Translations under genes and position numbers: made by a program | NCBI RefSeq assembly: GCF_000143415.4 | Contig: NW_003314340.1 | Coordinates: 738,161 to 802,160, forward strand | Reading direction: 5' to 3' | Length of the DNA: 64,000 bases | Source of the DNA: Selaginella moellendorffii | Lineage: Eukaryota; Plantae; Lycopodiophyta | Notes under the pieces: model-generated | What the model saw: only the letters and a program-made list of their open reading frames with translations | What the model was told of the DNA's origin: nothing | The model's database searches: none | Shown: piece by piece, positions 12,951 to 25,139 of the stretch | How the letters are laid out: each line of letters starts with the position of its first letter | How positions within the stretch are numbered: the first letter of the stretch is position 1

Positions 12951-15900
12951 TCAGACTGTTATTTTTTGCCTCCAACGCCTATACAATAATCTTGGAATTT
13001 CATCACTCTCCACACTATCAGGATTTAAACCCAATAGTAATGCCATCTCTTCTCTAATACGTCCACGCTCATGTTCAGTGGTCGAAGAACCCATCCGGTT
13101 GAGCAGATTATGGAGATGCGGATAGTGCTTGGCTAGACAATATACATGCCATAAATGATGACTGGTGTCTGTCCAATCAAATGGCTTCTGATATACCGTT
13201 CCATCTGCCATTTGGTTGATTTCTGCAGCCACCTCCTGGACTGGCCGGTTCTCTATCACCATCGCTCCAAGCCGTTTTGCAAGGTCCCCCAGAACATACG
13301 GTTTCTTCTCCCTAGTTTCCATACTGCAAGAGATGGGGTGCACTGCATATGTGTGCGTGTTCGCTGCAGTTTTAATCGGCGAGTCATCGATGATGAGGAT
13401 TTCACTTGAGCTAGCAGTCCGGTTCATCACTACAGCCTCTGGCTTGACGAAGATGGGCTTGCTACCCCTCACATGGACCATAGTCAAGCAATCCTCCTGC
13501 GTTAGGAGAAAGTCAAATGGTAATATTACTCGCGTCTGATCGTGCATCATCTGTAGCAACGTTAATGCATTGTGGCGCATCATGGATGTCCAAACTCCCA
13601 ATTGCAAATTGAACCCGGCCCTCTGTTTTAAGTGTCGCATGGTCATTATTAGATCCCGCAGTTTCTCCCGTGTGATTAATGTGAATCTGTCTCTTTTGAC
13701 CAACTTGCGACCGCAGGCTTTGGAGGGTGCAATGACATTCGAGGACGAGCCACGCTCATGGGAGAAAAGGACACCGTTCAGATCAAAAACGATACAGTAC
13801 CTTCGCCGTGACTCTGAAATGAAATGCGTCAGCATAAAAAATGGTACAAGTCAATTTTACCATCTACAATATTAGCGAATGTTGCTCCCGATGGTCGTTG
13901 AGAGGGTTTTGGTCGAGGAAACGTGAAGGGCGGAAATACTCTCCTCTGCAATGTGGGGTCAATCGCATCCGATGGCGTGTGGGCACATGCCATTTCAGCT
14001 GTAGACTCTGGTACAACTGGCTCAACAGTGGCATGGGGTGGTTCCGATGGCGTGTGATCACACGCCATTTCAGCTGGTGCCTCCGTTGGCAAAGTGGACA
14101 TGACCGAACAAGCAGCAGGGGCGGTGTAGGGAGGTTCCAACGGTGCGTAGTCAGACGATTGGGCACACGTTGAGTCCGTTGGAAATGAGGATACGACCGG
14201 CTCGGCGGCTGGGGCGGCCTCATGTGGGTCCAATGGCGCCTGGTCACCGTCAGTTGGATACGTGGACAAGATTGACTCAATGGTATGGGCAGCATCAAGT
14301 GGAGCGTGGTCAGCTTGCTTGGCGTTGATATGGATAGTAGCCTCCACCAGCTCTGATGACTCTTGCAGCCAAGTAGAGTCCACTGGCGGATCCATATGCA
14401 TGTCCAAATATCTCCCTTCGATTGAGATGGTATCCTCCCGTGCTACTAAAAACAAACTCATTAGCACATTGAATCGACTATACTGTATTTACCATCAACT
14501 GCTATTGAGGAACTAGGACCGATATCACTTGAGCGCACTGCTGATTCTGAAGGATTGGACATACGTTTCGACCCTTGCTTGGCACTATCCTTCCTCGACA
14601 CTAAAGGCTAGAGTTTGTAAATTCAACTGAATAATCTCTACTTACCATTTGCTCTGCGACCTACATGGACAATGTTAGAAATGGTAAAAGGTTAGGAATG
14701 GATGTATTATTATTTACCTGATGGTTTGTCTTGTATGACCTTCCTCCGCCGCTCTTTGGCCACCTCAGGCTGGCCATCGTCGTCATCATCGTCGTTGTCG
14801 TTATTGTGATCGTCACCATTGTGAGGACCATCCAAGTCCTCTTCGTCCTCCTCTTCTTTGTCCTCCTCTTCGTCCTTCTGCTCTTCTTGCTCATTATCTT
14901 TCTCTGGCTCCTCATCCCCCTCCTGCATTTCTTCCATAGGCTGCTCAGGCTGGATGGCTTGTTCTTCCAGGACCATCTTGGGAAAATCATCTGGCCGAGT
15001 CTCCATCTCAAAATACAAGACATCCATAGCTTGTTTTAGTGCGTGACCTAGGACCGTATCCTCACCCGACTGTCTTAACATGGTTTCTGCACGTTCTTGC
15101 ACCCTTCGAAGACGACGAGATGAGAAAAACGTGGCCCTGCCTTGAAAAGCTTCCCTCATCCATTGTACCTCTCCATTGAGATTGGGGAAGGGGAGTCCGC
15201 CATAGGAATCTGAGTCATGAGGTGGTGACTGCCTGCTTTCACTCAGCCCTTGATCTGCAATGAATGGCATGAGCACACACGCCATAACCGCGAGGCATTA
15301 CCTATCATCTTTTCGTTGCCCTTCTTCCTTTTCGAATCAAACGCCTCTGATCTCGACGACTGTCCAACGTGCTTTCGCTTTTTATGACCACTGTCAGTTT
15401 GAGCTTGGCTGGTGCTTGCCTGTTTTGCCTTTGAAGAAGTTTCTCCTGCAAGGAATGGCATGAGACCACACGCCATTGCAAATATAATTTGTACCTCCTG
15501 TTTTCCTATTGCTTTTCTGTTTGTCCTTCTTCGATGCGCCACCAGTGCGCTTTTCAGTCCTCGTGTCTAAATATTCACAACGATCTATAATCAAAATGGC
15601 GTGAGGCCTCACGTGACCTTACCTTGTGCAGGTTGTGAGCTCGGCCCAACATGGGTATCTTCAAAAGTAGCTGTTAACGCCGTTTCAGCATCTGGGGGTG
15701 GCCACGCTCCTGCATACAGAGCTTGTGAGATAACATTTAAACTTAAAGTGTGTACTCACCAGGTTCGCAGAGAAGATACTGTTTTTCTTTGGCAACTGTA
15801 ATTATATGCTCCATTGAAGTCATCTCTTCAATGGAGTTTGTCACCGCAACACAAGGGACACCCTTGAGTAGTGCGGCTCGAAAGAATAGTCCGCCGCAGT

Positions 15901-18337
15901 TGTACTCGACAACGCATTTGCCCTTGGAGTCGGAAGCAGATGACCCACCCGCTATTGCGTTGAAGACCCAGCTGAGCATTTCCCATGCTGCACCTGGAGC
16001 TTTCTTTGGATTCGAAAGCTCCATAGCCGTCTTCAGTTCCTCAGGCACGGGTAAATTGACCTCCCTCAGATCAATTCGATTGGCCTTGTCGAACGAAGCT
16101 GGGAAGTCACTCCAGTCCCACTCTGCTGCAGGACCAATAACAAGGGCGAGTGTGAAGATGCGGACATTCGTCGGTATCTTCTTCTTAGCCATTATCCCAT
16201 GGATCTCCCGCATCTCCTTGCCTTTCAACCGAGCCTTCACCTCGTTCAAGGCCTTCCAGAACTTGTGATAGGATTCGGAGTCGTAGATCATATAGTGGAC
16301 TGAAGATTCCACCTCCGCAAGTCCCACCATTAAGTCAATGATGGAGCTGACTTCGTCTGCATGAGTGATCTCCTCGTTTGTGAAGTCCATCACACAAAAG
16401 ATGTTCTTGACCTGCTCATCTCCGCGGGAAACGATGCTCCTCCACCTTTGATCCTCATCCGAATTCAAGTATACCCGGTAAGGTTCTCGATAGGCCTCTG
16501 CTGCGGGGTCGAGCTGTTTCTGAAGCCGGCGGTCGACATCAATCTTAATGAAATTTGGATACTGATCCAACTTCTCAGCTTTACTTTTCGTGGCATCCCG
16601 CAGCAGATCGATGAACTTGGGGGCCCCCTTCACGTACTCGTCGATGTCTTCATTTGACAACTCCAGCGCTTCCATCATCTCTTGCGTGGTGTCGATGCTC
16701 ACCCTCTCCACGGCCACTTGCTCGAAGATCCAATCCTTCAATAGCGCACGAGCTCTCAGAGTCGTGCACAAGTCCTCGTATGTCACAATATGGCCGGGAG
16801 TCATTTTGGTCTTGTTGAAGACAACCTCACCACGTAGAAGAGCATTAGCCACTGTCAGAAGGTCGTCGTCGTCTAGAGACCGCGAGAAACGCAAGGCGTT
16901 GAGCTTCAAATCATTGGGCTTCCGGCCGTCCTCCACACCCATTGAGTTTGGCAACTCCCCGTCATGGTACCTCCTCAGCACATCTACCCATTTGTCAAAA
17001 ACAACTTTTGTCGCGAGTAGAATGTTATGGATGCTGAGTGTGTCATTGACCCCCAGTGTTTTCGAGAGAAGACTCGAGAATTCCTGCAATGGAAATGGCG
17101 TGAGGCCACATGCTATGCCACATGCAACGAGGCTTACCTGCCAGGCGCTAGTTGCTAGTGCACGTCCTTGTCCTGGTTTTTGTGGCTTCTTCAGTTGAAC
17201 CCAGAGCTTCCGTGTTCGTGCCAATGTCTCGTGCAGACCCGATTTGTAGCACGTTTCTTGCTTGACATTCTGCGCGTGGGAGATGTATATGATAGATCGG
17301 AGGGGCGAGTTGCCTTTTATCAGGCGGACAACTCTTGTCTTGAAGACTTTCTTCACCTCCTCGCCCACCATAATATCCACAACTATCTCTTGCATCGCCA
17401 AGCTAGAATGCTGCCCGGAGACGGCATAGAACCGGATGTTCTGATCGTCCAACACCTTCCTATTGATCAAGTCTGGAAACCTCGTCTCGCCCTTCATTGT
17501 TCGGTAGTAGGGGATCACGTCTGCGATGTCGGGTGTTACTGGACTTGCCAGCATCTTCTGCTTCAGTTTCTCCACCCACTCATCAGATACTAGCCTGTGG
17601 TTGTATTTGCTTTGGATGTCGATACGGCTCACGTCGATTGTATATACATTGTTGGAATAGTAACAAGTACTATTATCTGCGACGATTTTTGCTGCCTCTT
17701 CTTGCTCTTTCTGCTCTTTGCGGCTCTTCTTTTTGGTGGGTGTAGTGTTCGAACCCGAGGCAATGGCATCACTGAGTAGCTTCTTTTTTGGAGCAGGAGA
17801 GTCGGACGTCGGCTTGAGCTTGACCACCCTTTTCTGCTTTGAGGTAGTTTCCAGATCGACCCCCTTCCCCTTTGCTTCGCGAACTGGAGTCACTCTCAAC
17901 GGCTCAATGTTGGAATATAGTTTTTGAACATCGCCGTAGGTGAGGTCCGTGGATTCCATGTGATCTTCATAGACCCGCAGCGTCTTTGAAATTGTGGGCC
18001 TCCTGGACAACCTCTCCCTAGCTCCCTCTAGGAATTCCTCATAGCCGCTGCCCCCCTCCGGGAAGCCGCTAGGATGTGCAAGGTGGATCTTGAAGGCAGA
18101 CGCTGTCTCTACCACAAGTGCCAGTCCATATTCTTGCATGGAACTGCATGGAGTGTCTGTCACTTGGATGAGGATCCCCATGCATTCTTTTCTCCCACCA
18201 TCTGTGTTGTACAGCCTCAGATCCTCGCCTTCTATCCCGAAAGTCCAACTGGTGAGCTCCTCCCCCTTCTCTGCATCCACATTGACAGTGGCTGGAAGAA
18301 GAACGCAATTCCTCGCCTGTTCAGAAATGCACAACAA
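12951..18337 (-). CDS. Transposon accessory protein (~1,650 aa after splicing): ParB/Srx-like domain, degenerate N4/N6 DNA-methyltransferase-like fold, acidic linker and FCP1/NIF-like HAD phosphatase; 5' exons lie further upstream (~18340-18700)
   Basis: The 864, 191, 212 and 294 aa ORFs join in frame through short GT-AG introns, e.g. 17084-17137, ~15711-15759, 15567-15622, 15446-15494, 15255-15301, three between ~14717 and ~14445, and 13814-13860. Motifs: IDVSRIDI..NHRLVSDEWVEKLKQKM..FYAVSGQHSSLAM (ParB-like); KCVVEYNCGGLFFRAALLKGVPCVAV (MTase motif I-like); IVFDLNGVL..VWTSMMRHN..IIDDSPIK (NIF/FCP1). Confidence 0.72.
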
Positions 18338-18659
18338 TTAGAGCTGACAGATGAAAAGCTAGTAGCTGGAAATAACGTGAGGCCACACGCCATTCACCAC
18401 TGCATCAGATGTCTTGAGGCTGCATCCTAAGATGGCGTGAGGCTACACGCCATCTGTAACCGGACTGCACTCGAGAGCCCAATCGGTGCATGCCAATGTT
18501 GCTACTGAATGGCATGTGGCCTCATGCCATTTTCTACTTGGCCTAAAAGACTTACCATTTGAAGCCGAATGGAGGCGTGACAACCGGACTCGCTGGCGAA
18601 TGTGCACTGTGTGTGCAGCGGATTGTAGCAGCAAGGCTACTCTGCCACTTACAGTTGGA

Positions 18660-19090
18660 GAGTGGCGCTGAAATCTCCCGGGACGCCAAGTGGGCTGCGT
18701 GTGGGTGGCGGAGTGGGCGGCGGAGTTGGCGGCGAAGTTACAAACTGGGTGTGTCTTGAAGTGGACGCCGATGCACACGAGCGCGATGCGAGCGCGAGTG
18801 GACGCCGATGCACACGAGAAACCTGTAGAGAAGTGGGAGCGCGAGTGGGAGCGCGATGCGAGCGCGAGTGGGAGCGCGATGCGAGCGCGAGTGTGCGAGC
18901 GCGAGTACGAAGCAAAATGCAAAACCTAACCTCACACGCGCGAAATGTCACGACGGTTGGTAATCCCGCCACGTCATCATTTCTCGGACTTGGGCGCCAC
19001 CATTAATTTCTGGATCGGCGCGCGCATGCGTGAAATCCAAAAGAAATCCGCAACGTCATCATTCCTCGGACTGCATGCACGCGAAATCCA
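18660..19090. promoter_or_regulatory. CpG-rich region with short tandem repeats (GCGCGATGCGAGCGCGAGTGGGA) upstream of the accessory gene; probable promoter/5' region
   Basis: Dense CG dinucleotides and imperfect tandem repeats at 18760-18910, lying between the divergent genes. Confidence 0.45.
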
Positions 19091-19338
19091 AAAGAAAGAT
19101 CATGATTGGGATATCATTTAATACCCTCGCTATATTTATACCATGCATGATTGGATATTCCAAAGCATCTTGTATTTCCAAAAATGCCAGATGTTCAGCT
19201 AAATAAATTGTCAGAGGATTTGATGTGACGTTCAAGCATGTGGGCTCATGCAATTTTGATCCCAAAAAATGCACCAAAAAATGCTCGGCGTCATCTGGCG
19301 TTATCTCTTGAATGGCGTGGGGCCGCATGCCATTTTCA

Positions 19339-21189
19339 GGAGCACATAGGAGTATATTCCTAGAATATTCTGACACGCGCGAGATTGTTTTGAGTTTCCT
19401 GGAGATCCAACCGTTAGATCGCAACTAGATTTTACAGAATGGTATACAATGTCCTTCTTGATGACCCTGCAAAGAAGCATCTCGATCGGACACCACATGA
19501 GACCACACGAGCCTTACAATGTTTCAGGGGCATTTGCCATAGATCCGACCGTTATTTTGCTCCAAGATTCTACAGTTTGGTGTGCATTGACCTTTCCATC
19601 GACACTACAAAGGGACATCACAATCAGATGCGGGATCACAAGAAACCAACTTCACTAACTCTGGTTTCACCAAGATCTACGTAAGGAGTTATGAAATGAA
19701 AGGACCCTCTCTATTGAAATGTGTTTATGGTCCTAAGGGCATTGTGACATATCCAAGGATTTTGCATCAAGTTCTGTATTTGCATGTTTATCAAGCTACT
19801 GAATTGCTAAACCCTAAACCCTAAACATGTGGCAAATGCTGCGTGAAGAAAGATGCCCTTTCTGGGCAAATGCTGTAAGAGGCAGATGCCGAGCAGATGT
19901 ATCTCAGGCTAGTGAAGGGGACAAACGAAAGCTAGCAACCAAAGGAATGTAAGCAACCAAAGGAATGTAAGTAGGGCATGTGTTTGTAAGTTTAAAAATG
20001 CCTCAACCACTTAAATTCCCAAGTAAATAAAGCTGTTTCTATTTTTGGTACAGGTAAACTTTATAGCGTGTGGGCTCATGCAATTTTGAACCAAAAAATG
20101 CACCAAAAAATGCTCGACTAGCATTATTCTTTGAATGGCGTGTGGCCTTATATTGCCATAAATGACACAGCATAATTATTCCTTTACACGGCGAATAATC
20201 TTGGAGCACATAGGAGTATATTCCTAGAATATTCTGACACGCGCGAGATTGTTTTGAGTTTCCTGGAGATCCAACCGTTAGATCGCAACTAGATTTTACA
20301 GAATGGTATACAATGTCCTTCTTGATGACCCTGCAAAGAAGCATCTCGATCGGACACCACATGAGACCACACGAGCCTTACAATGTTTCAGGGGCATTTG
20401 CCATAGATCCGACCGTTATTTTGCTCCAAGATTCTACAGTTTGGTGTGCATTGACCTTTCCATCGACACTGCAAAGGGACATCACAATCAGATGCGGGAT
20501 CACAAGAAACCAACTTCACTAACTCTGGTTTCACCAAGATCTACGTAAGGAGTTATGAAATGAAAGGACCCTCTCTATTGAAATGTGTTTATGGTCCTAA
20601 GGGGATTGTGACATATCCAAGGATTTTGCATCAAGTTCTGTATTTGCATGTTTATCAAGCTACTGAATTGCTAAACCCTAAACCCTAAACCCTAACCCTA
20701 AACATGTGGCAAATGCTGCGTGAAGAAAGATGCCCTTTCTGGGCAAATGCTGTAAGAGGCAGATTCCGAGCAGATGTATCTCAGGCTAGCGAAGGGGACA
20801 AACGAAAGCTAGCTATAAACATGACGGGATGCAAATAGATTACTAGGCTGGTCCTGCGAAAATCAAAAACCATAATTGAAAACATTGAAAATGCAAAAAG
20901 AAAGGTTTATAATATTTTTGAATTTTAAGCAACCAAATGAATGTAAGTAGGGCATGTGTTTGTAAGTTTAAAAATGCCTCAACCACTTAAATTCCCAAGT
21001 AAATAAAGCTGTTTCTATTTTTGGTACAGGTAAACTTTATAGCGTGTGGGCTCATGCAATTTTGAACCCAAAAATGCACCAAAAAATGCTCGACTAGCAT
21101 TATTCTTTGAATGGCGTGTGGCCTTATATTGCCATAAATGGACGTACACACACAGCATAATTATTCCTTTACACGGCGAATAATCTTGG
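19339..21189. repeat. Internal tandem duplication (A-B-A'-B') containing telomere-type (CCCTAAA)n tracts
   Basis: 19339-19935 is nearly identical to 20202-20813, and ~19951-20203 to ~20927-21189. CTAAACC repeats occur at ~19807-19826 and ~20671-20703. Confidence 0.9.
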
Positions 21190-21997
21190 CGCGGATCGCT
21201 GACATGGCATGGCAAAGTTCGAATCACTGACATGGCACAGCTGGATCGAGGCAAGGACATGATGTGACAAAGTTCAACCTCCGACAGCAAAGTCTAGAAG
21301 CTACTCAGTTTGAAATTTGTCAGAGGAATCATAAGATCTGGTTTGTCAGAGGATTTGATGTGACGTTCAAGCGTGTGTTATTTTTGAATTCTCGAACTCA
21401 TTCCTAGGTCTATCATTTTTGTGCGCCGTGTTCTTGGTTCCGCTGAGCGCAGTGAGCGCTGCTTGTGTAAGCGGCGTTGTGAGCTGTGGTTTATGCGTCT
21501 ACAAGCGGTTGCGGCATTGCGAGCGCCATTGCGAGCGGCAGTTTATGCGAGTGGCAGTTTGTGCGAGCGGCGCTACGAGCAGTTGCGGTGTTGCGAGCGG
21601 CGCTACGAGTAGTTGCGGTGTTGCGAGCGGCACTGTCTTTGGTGTGGCTACCGCTTCCTCTTGATATTCGGCACTTGTGCTTCCTGGTATGTTCACCATG
21701 GAATGGTTTAGGACCACATTTAGAAATGGCATGAGGCCACATGCCATCTTGGGCCCTTGCAATTTCATGGCTAGCGTATTGTCATGTATGTTTTTACTTG
21801 CCTGCAGCTGTGTGTATATCAAGATGGCATGAGGCCTCATGCCAATTTTGTGAATGCGAAATTTCATGTGGGTGTCAATAGCATGTTTGAATAATGGCAT
21901 GTGGCCTCATGCTATTGAGGTTGTTTGGTATGTTATGATTTAGGCCATTCTCCAATCATTTTTTGTATGGTCTTAACTTCTTTTCTGCACTTTCAGA

Positions 21998-24900
21998 ATG
22001 GCCTTCAGAGTTGGGGAAAAGGTTTACATTTTGAATGGTGGGAAGAGAGTTGCAAAAGGGACCCTTGTGTCTATGGATCGGAACTTTGTTATACACTGTC
22101 AAAGGCTTGGGGAAGGCAATGCTGCTGTATCAGTAGAGACTGTCTTCGATGGGAATGTGGTCGCTATTGAACGAGGAGAGATGGTCGTCGGGGTAAATGT
22201 TGTTGTTGCCTTGAAAAATCTTCAGAAGAAAGCAGATGTTGGGGACAGCGCAAGTGCGACGCATGTTCCCTCCGTGGATCTTAAGAACCGTGCTACATGG
22301 ATTCAGGCAAAGGTGTTTCTAAACAACCCCGAGGGGGAGGTGGTAGCTGAGGGCTTAGCCACAGTTGTCGATCCAAGAGATGCGGTTGCTAATCAAGAAT
22401 TGGGCTGGGATGATATTGGAGTTGCAATTTTAGAGGTTGTTGACACAGAAGAAAACAGTCTGACTATTGGAAGCATTGTGCGGTGGAAATTGAGGCATTT
22501 AGTGTTTGAGAATGTGAAGGATTCACAATCAAACACCACTACAACTGATGACAGAACATCTCTTCATGGGAAAAGAAAGTACACCTTCCTACAGCGCAGC
22601 CAAAGGGATCTGAGCAACGAACCGAAAAGGCAGAAAATGGCGATGGAGGTTCGAATGGTCTCGACAGTTGCTTGTTGCAAGAGGAGGTGCTGTCAACATG
22701 CTGATTGGGATGCTATTGAAGAGGAGAGAGCAAGATACAAGACATTGTCCTGGAAGGTAGCTCGCAATTTTGTGTATGAGGCATTACGGTCATCTATTGA
22801 TGCTTCAGAACATCAGGTGGGGGGCATGGTCTTCCAGAGGGGTTTGGTCTGCATGAAGGCATGGAGAATCATTTATGGAGTCCCTCGAACCACATTCTAC
22901 AGAATCAAAACTGAGTTCGAGGAACAAAGGGTTCAACAGGCAGTCCATGGGAACGACGGTACGCACAAAACCAGGGGTCATGTTGTATATGGAGAGGCAA
23001 TCTTCAAGAGGTTTGTCGAGACATGTAGCGAGCAGCAACCACATAAAACCCGCCTCTTGGAAGATGGAACACGAGACACCCAACGAGTTCTCCCTTCCAT
23101 GTATACCAAGGGGGCCATATTGGAAGATGTGAATCGGGAACTCCAGAGTAATGGCTACAGGAAGCTGAGCCAATCTAGATTTAGTAGATTGTGGAGCAAC
23201 AGGTTCAGGGATGTGAGTATAGGAAAGTACTCCAGCTTTTCAAAGTGTGACGAGTGCACTGCTATCAAAATGGCTTTGTCGAAGAATTCTTGCAGCGCTC
23301 AAGAGCGAGAGACGTTGGTTAGAAGGCGGCTCGACCACAACATCGAGCAGAGAAGCTGCAGGACTGCATATTATCATAATAGGATTCTCTCCATGGAGAG
23401 ACCTGACTCTTACCTCTGCATCATCCACGACAAAATGGATCAGAAAAAGACGTGCTTACCTCGACTCAATCCTGCCCCCAAGGCAATCTCTTCATCCATG
23501 CAGCTGCCTGTGTCTCTGTTTGGCATAATCGCTCATGGGCATGGTGCCCAGAACTATGGGAACTTCTTTGTGCCTCTATGGGGTGGCGGGGGTGCAAACA
23601 TGATGATTGCGTCCTTAGCAAAACACTTAAGGTCTCTGCAAAGTGCGCAGACTGAGCTGAACGGCCAACCCTTGCATAAGGCCCTTGTCGATCGAACCCC
23701 ATACAGGGTTCAGCTGGAGGAGGAGCAAAGGCTTGCAGTATCGCGTGGGGCCCCATGCCATCCTAGTGAATATGTTGGCCGTCAGATTGTAGGGTTATCA
23801 CGTGAGGCCTCATGCCATTACGACGAGGCTGGTCGCCCGGTGAATGCACAGCCTCATCCAAACGAAGCAGAATCTCAAGGAAGTTCTTGCGGCCGATGTG
23901 GCCTTCCACCCCATCTTCTGCTCCAAACAGACAATGCTGGCAGTGAGAACAAAAACATGTACGTCTTCGCGTACTTGGCGATGCTTGTTGCCAAAGGCAT
24001 ATTTGAAACGGTTACACTTGGCTTTCTCATGGTTGGGCACACTCATGAAGACGTCGATGCCATGTTCAGTCACCTGGCAGAGTCCCTCCGGCGATCCAAT
24101 GTCCTCACCCTCCCACAACTCTACGATGAATTCCAAAATTGCATCAAAGGCACTGTTGAAGCTGCACTTGTGACAGAGGTTCCAGACTTTAAGGGGTTTG
24201 TAAGAGGCTACATCAGGGACGGATCCGAAACGCTGATTGGCCACTCCAAGCCTCTTCAGTTTCATTTCAGCATGCGTGATGGTGCTCCAGTGATGAGGTA
24301 CAAGATGAGAGAATGGGACACAGTGTGGCTGCCAGTGGATGGCATTGAACTCTTCAAGAGAGATCCCATAATTGGGGAACCTATGATTCCTCAGGGTTCC
24401 CCACGGCCGATGCACCCGGATGGACTCAAAGACCAGGAAAGTATAGTGGCCGGGATTAGACAGCATATTGCCTTCTGGAAGAGGGGGTTGGTGTTTGGTG
24501 GAGAATCCTATTTTAAGAGGTGCAAGCCTTTGCTCGAATACTGGGAGAAGATTATATCTGCTATCCAAAATGGGCCGGTTGTATATGAAGAATTGGAAGA
24601 GTCCTTTTGGCCAGAACCCAGAGCACCAGATAGTAGCGGAACAATGTCCTCTGGAAATGCAGTGACAGATAACGATGTTGAGGATCACTATTGTGGGCCG
24701 AGGAACAAGAAGCCGGATTCAGCATTCAATCCAGTACAGGTCTGCAAAGGAATGGTCGTGCTTGTCAGACCCAGTAATAAAAAACAAATGATATGGGTGG
24801 GGCGCTGCATCACTGATGCAGAGGAGGACGCGGAAACTAACTCCTTCAATGTAACTGTGGAGTGGTTCAAGCCAAGTTCCGGATATACGAAGGATTGCCT

Positions 24901-25139
24901 AGAAAAGAGATGGGTGCTGAATCCAAGGGATCCCAGCATGAGCATATCGGTGGATAATGTTGTGCATGGTTGGATGCGGAAGCAGAGTGCCACCATCACC
25001 TTGCCAGACCATGCAAGAGATGCAGCAAGAGCATTCATAACCCGGGTTCAAGGTGAGATTCATTAATATTCCTTTACTAAGTTTCTAATGTATTTTATTT
25101 CAAGGTGAACAATCCGAATCTGAATCAGAGGAGGCGTGA
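21998..25139 (+). CDS. DDD-type (RNase H fold) transposase, Sola1-like; small terminal exon after intron 25053-25104
   Basis: Cys motifs CCKRRCC and FSKCDEC; candidate catalytic residues in IIHDKMD, LQTDNAGSENKN and FLMVGHTHEDVDAMFS; two N-terminal VA(K/E)G-containing repeats; C-terminal beta-rich domain (VLVRP..IWVGRC..VTVEWFKP); terminal exon encodes GEQSESESEEA*. Confidence 0.85.

Noticed and set aside
20671-20703. Telomere repeats as a chromosome end or healing site
   Set aside because: Only a few units, internal to a duplicated segment of a transposon.
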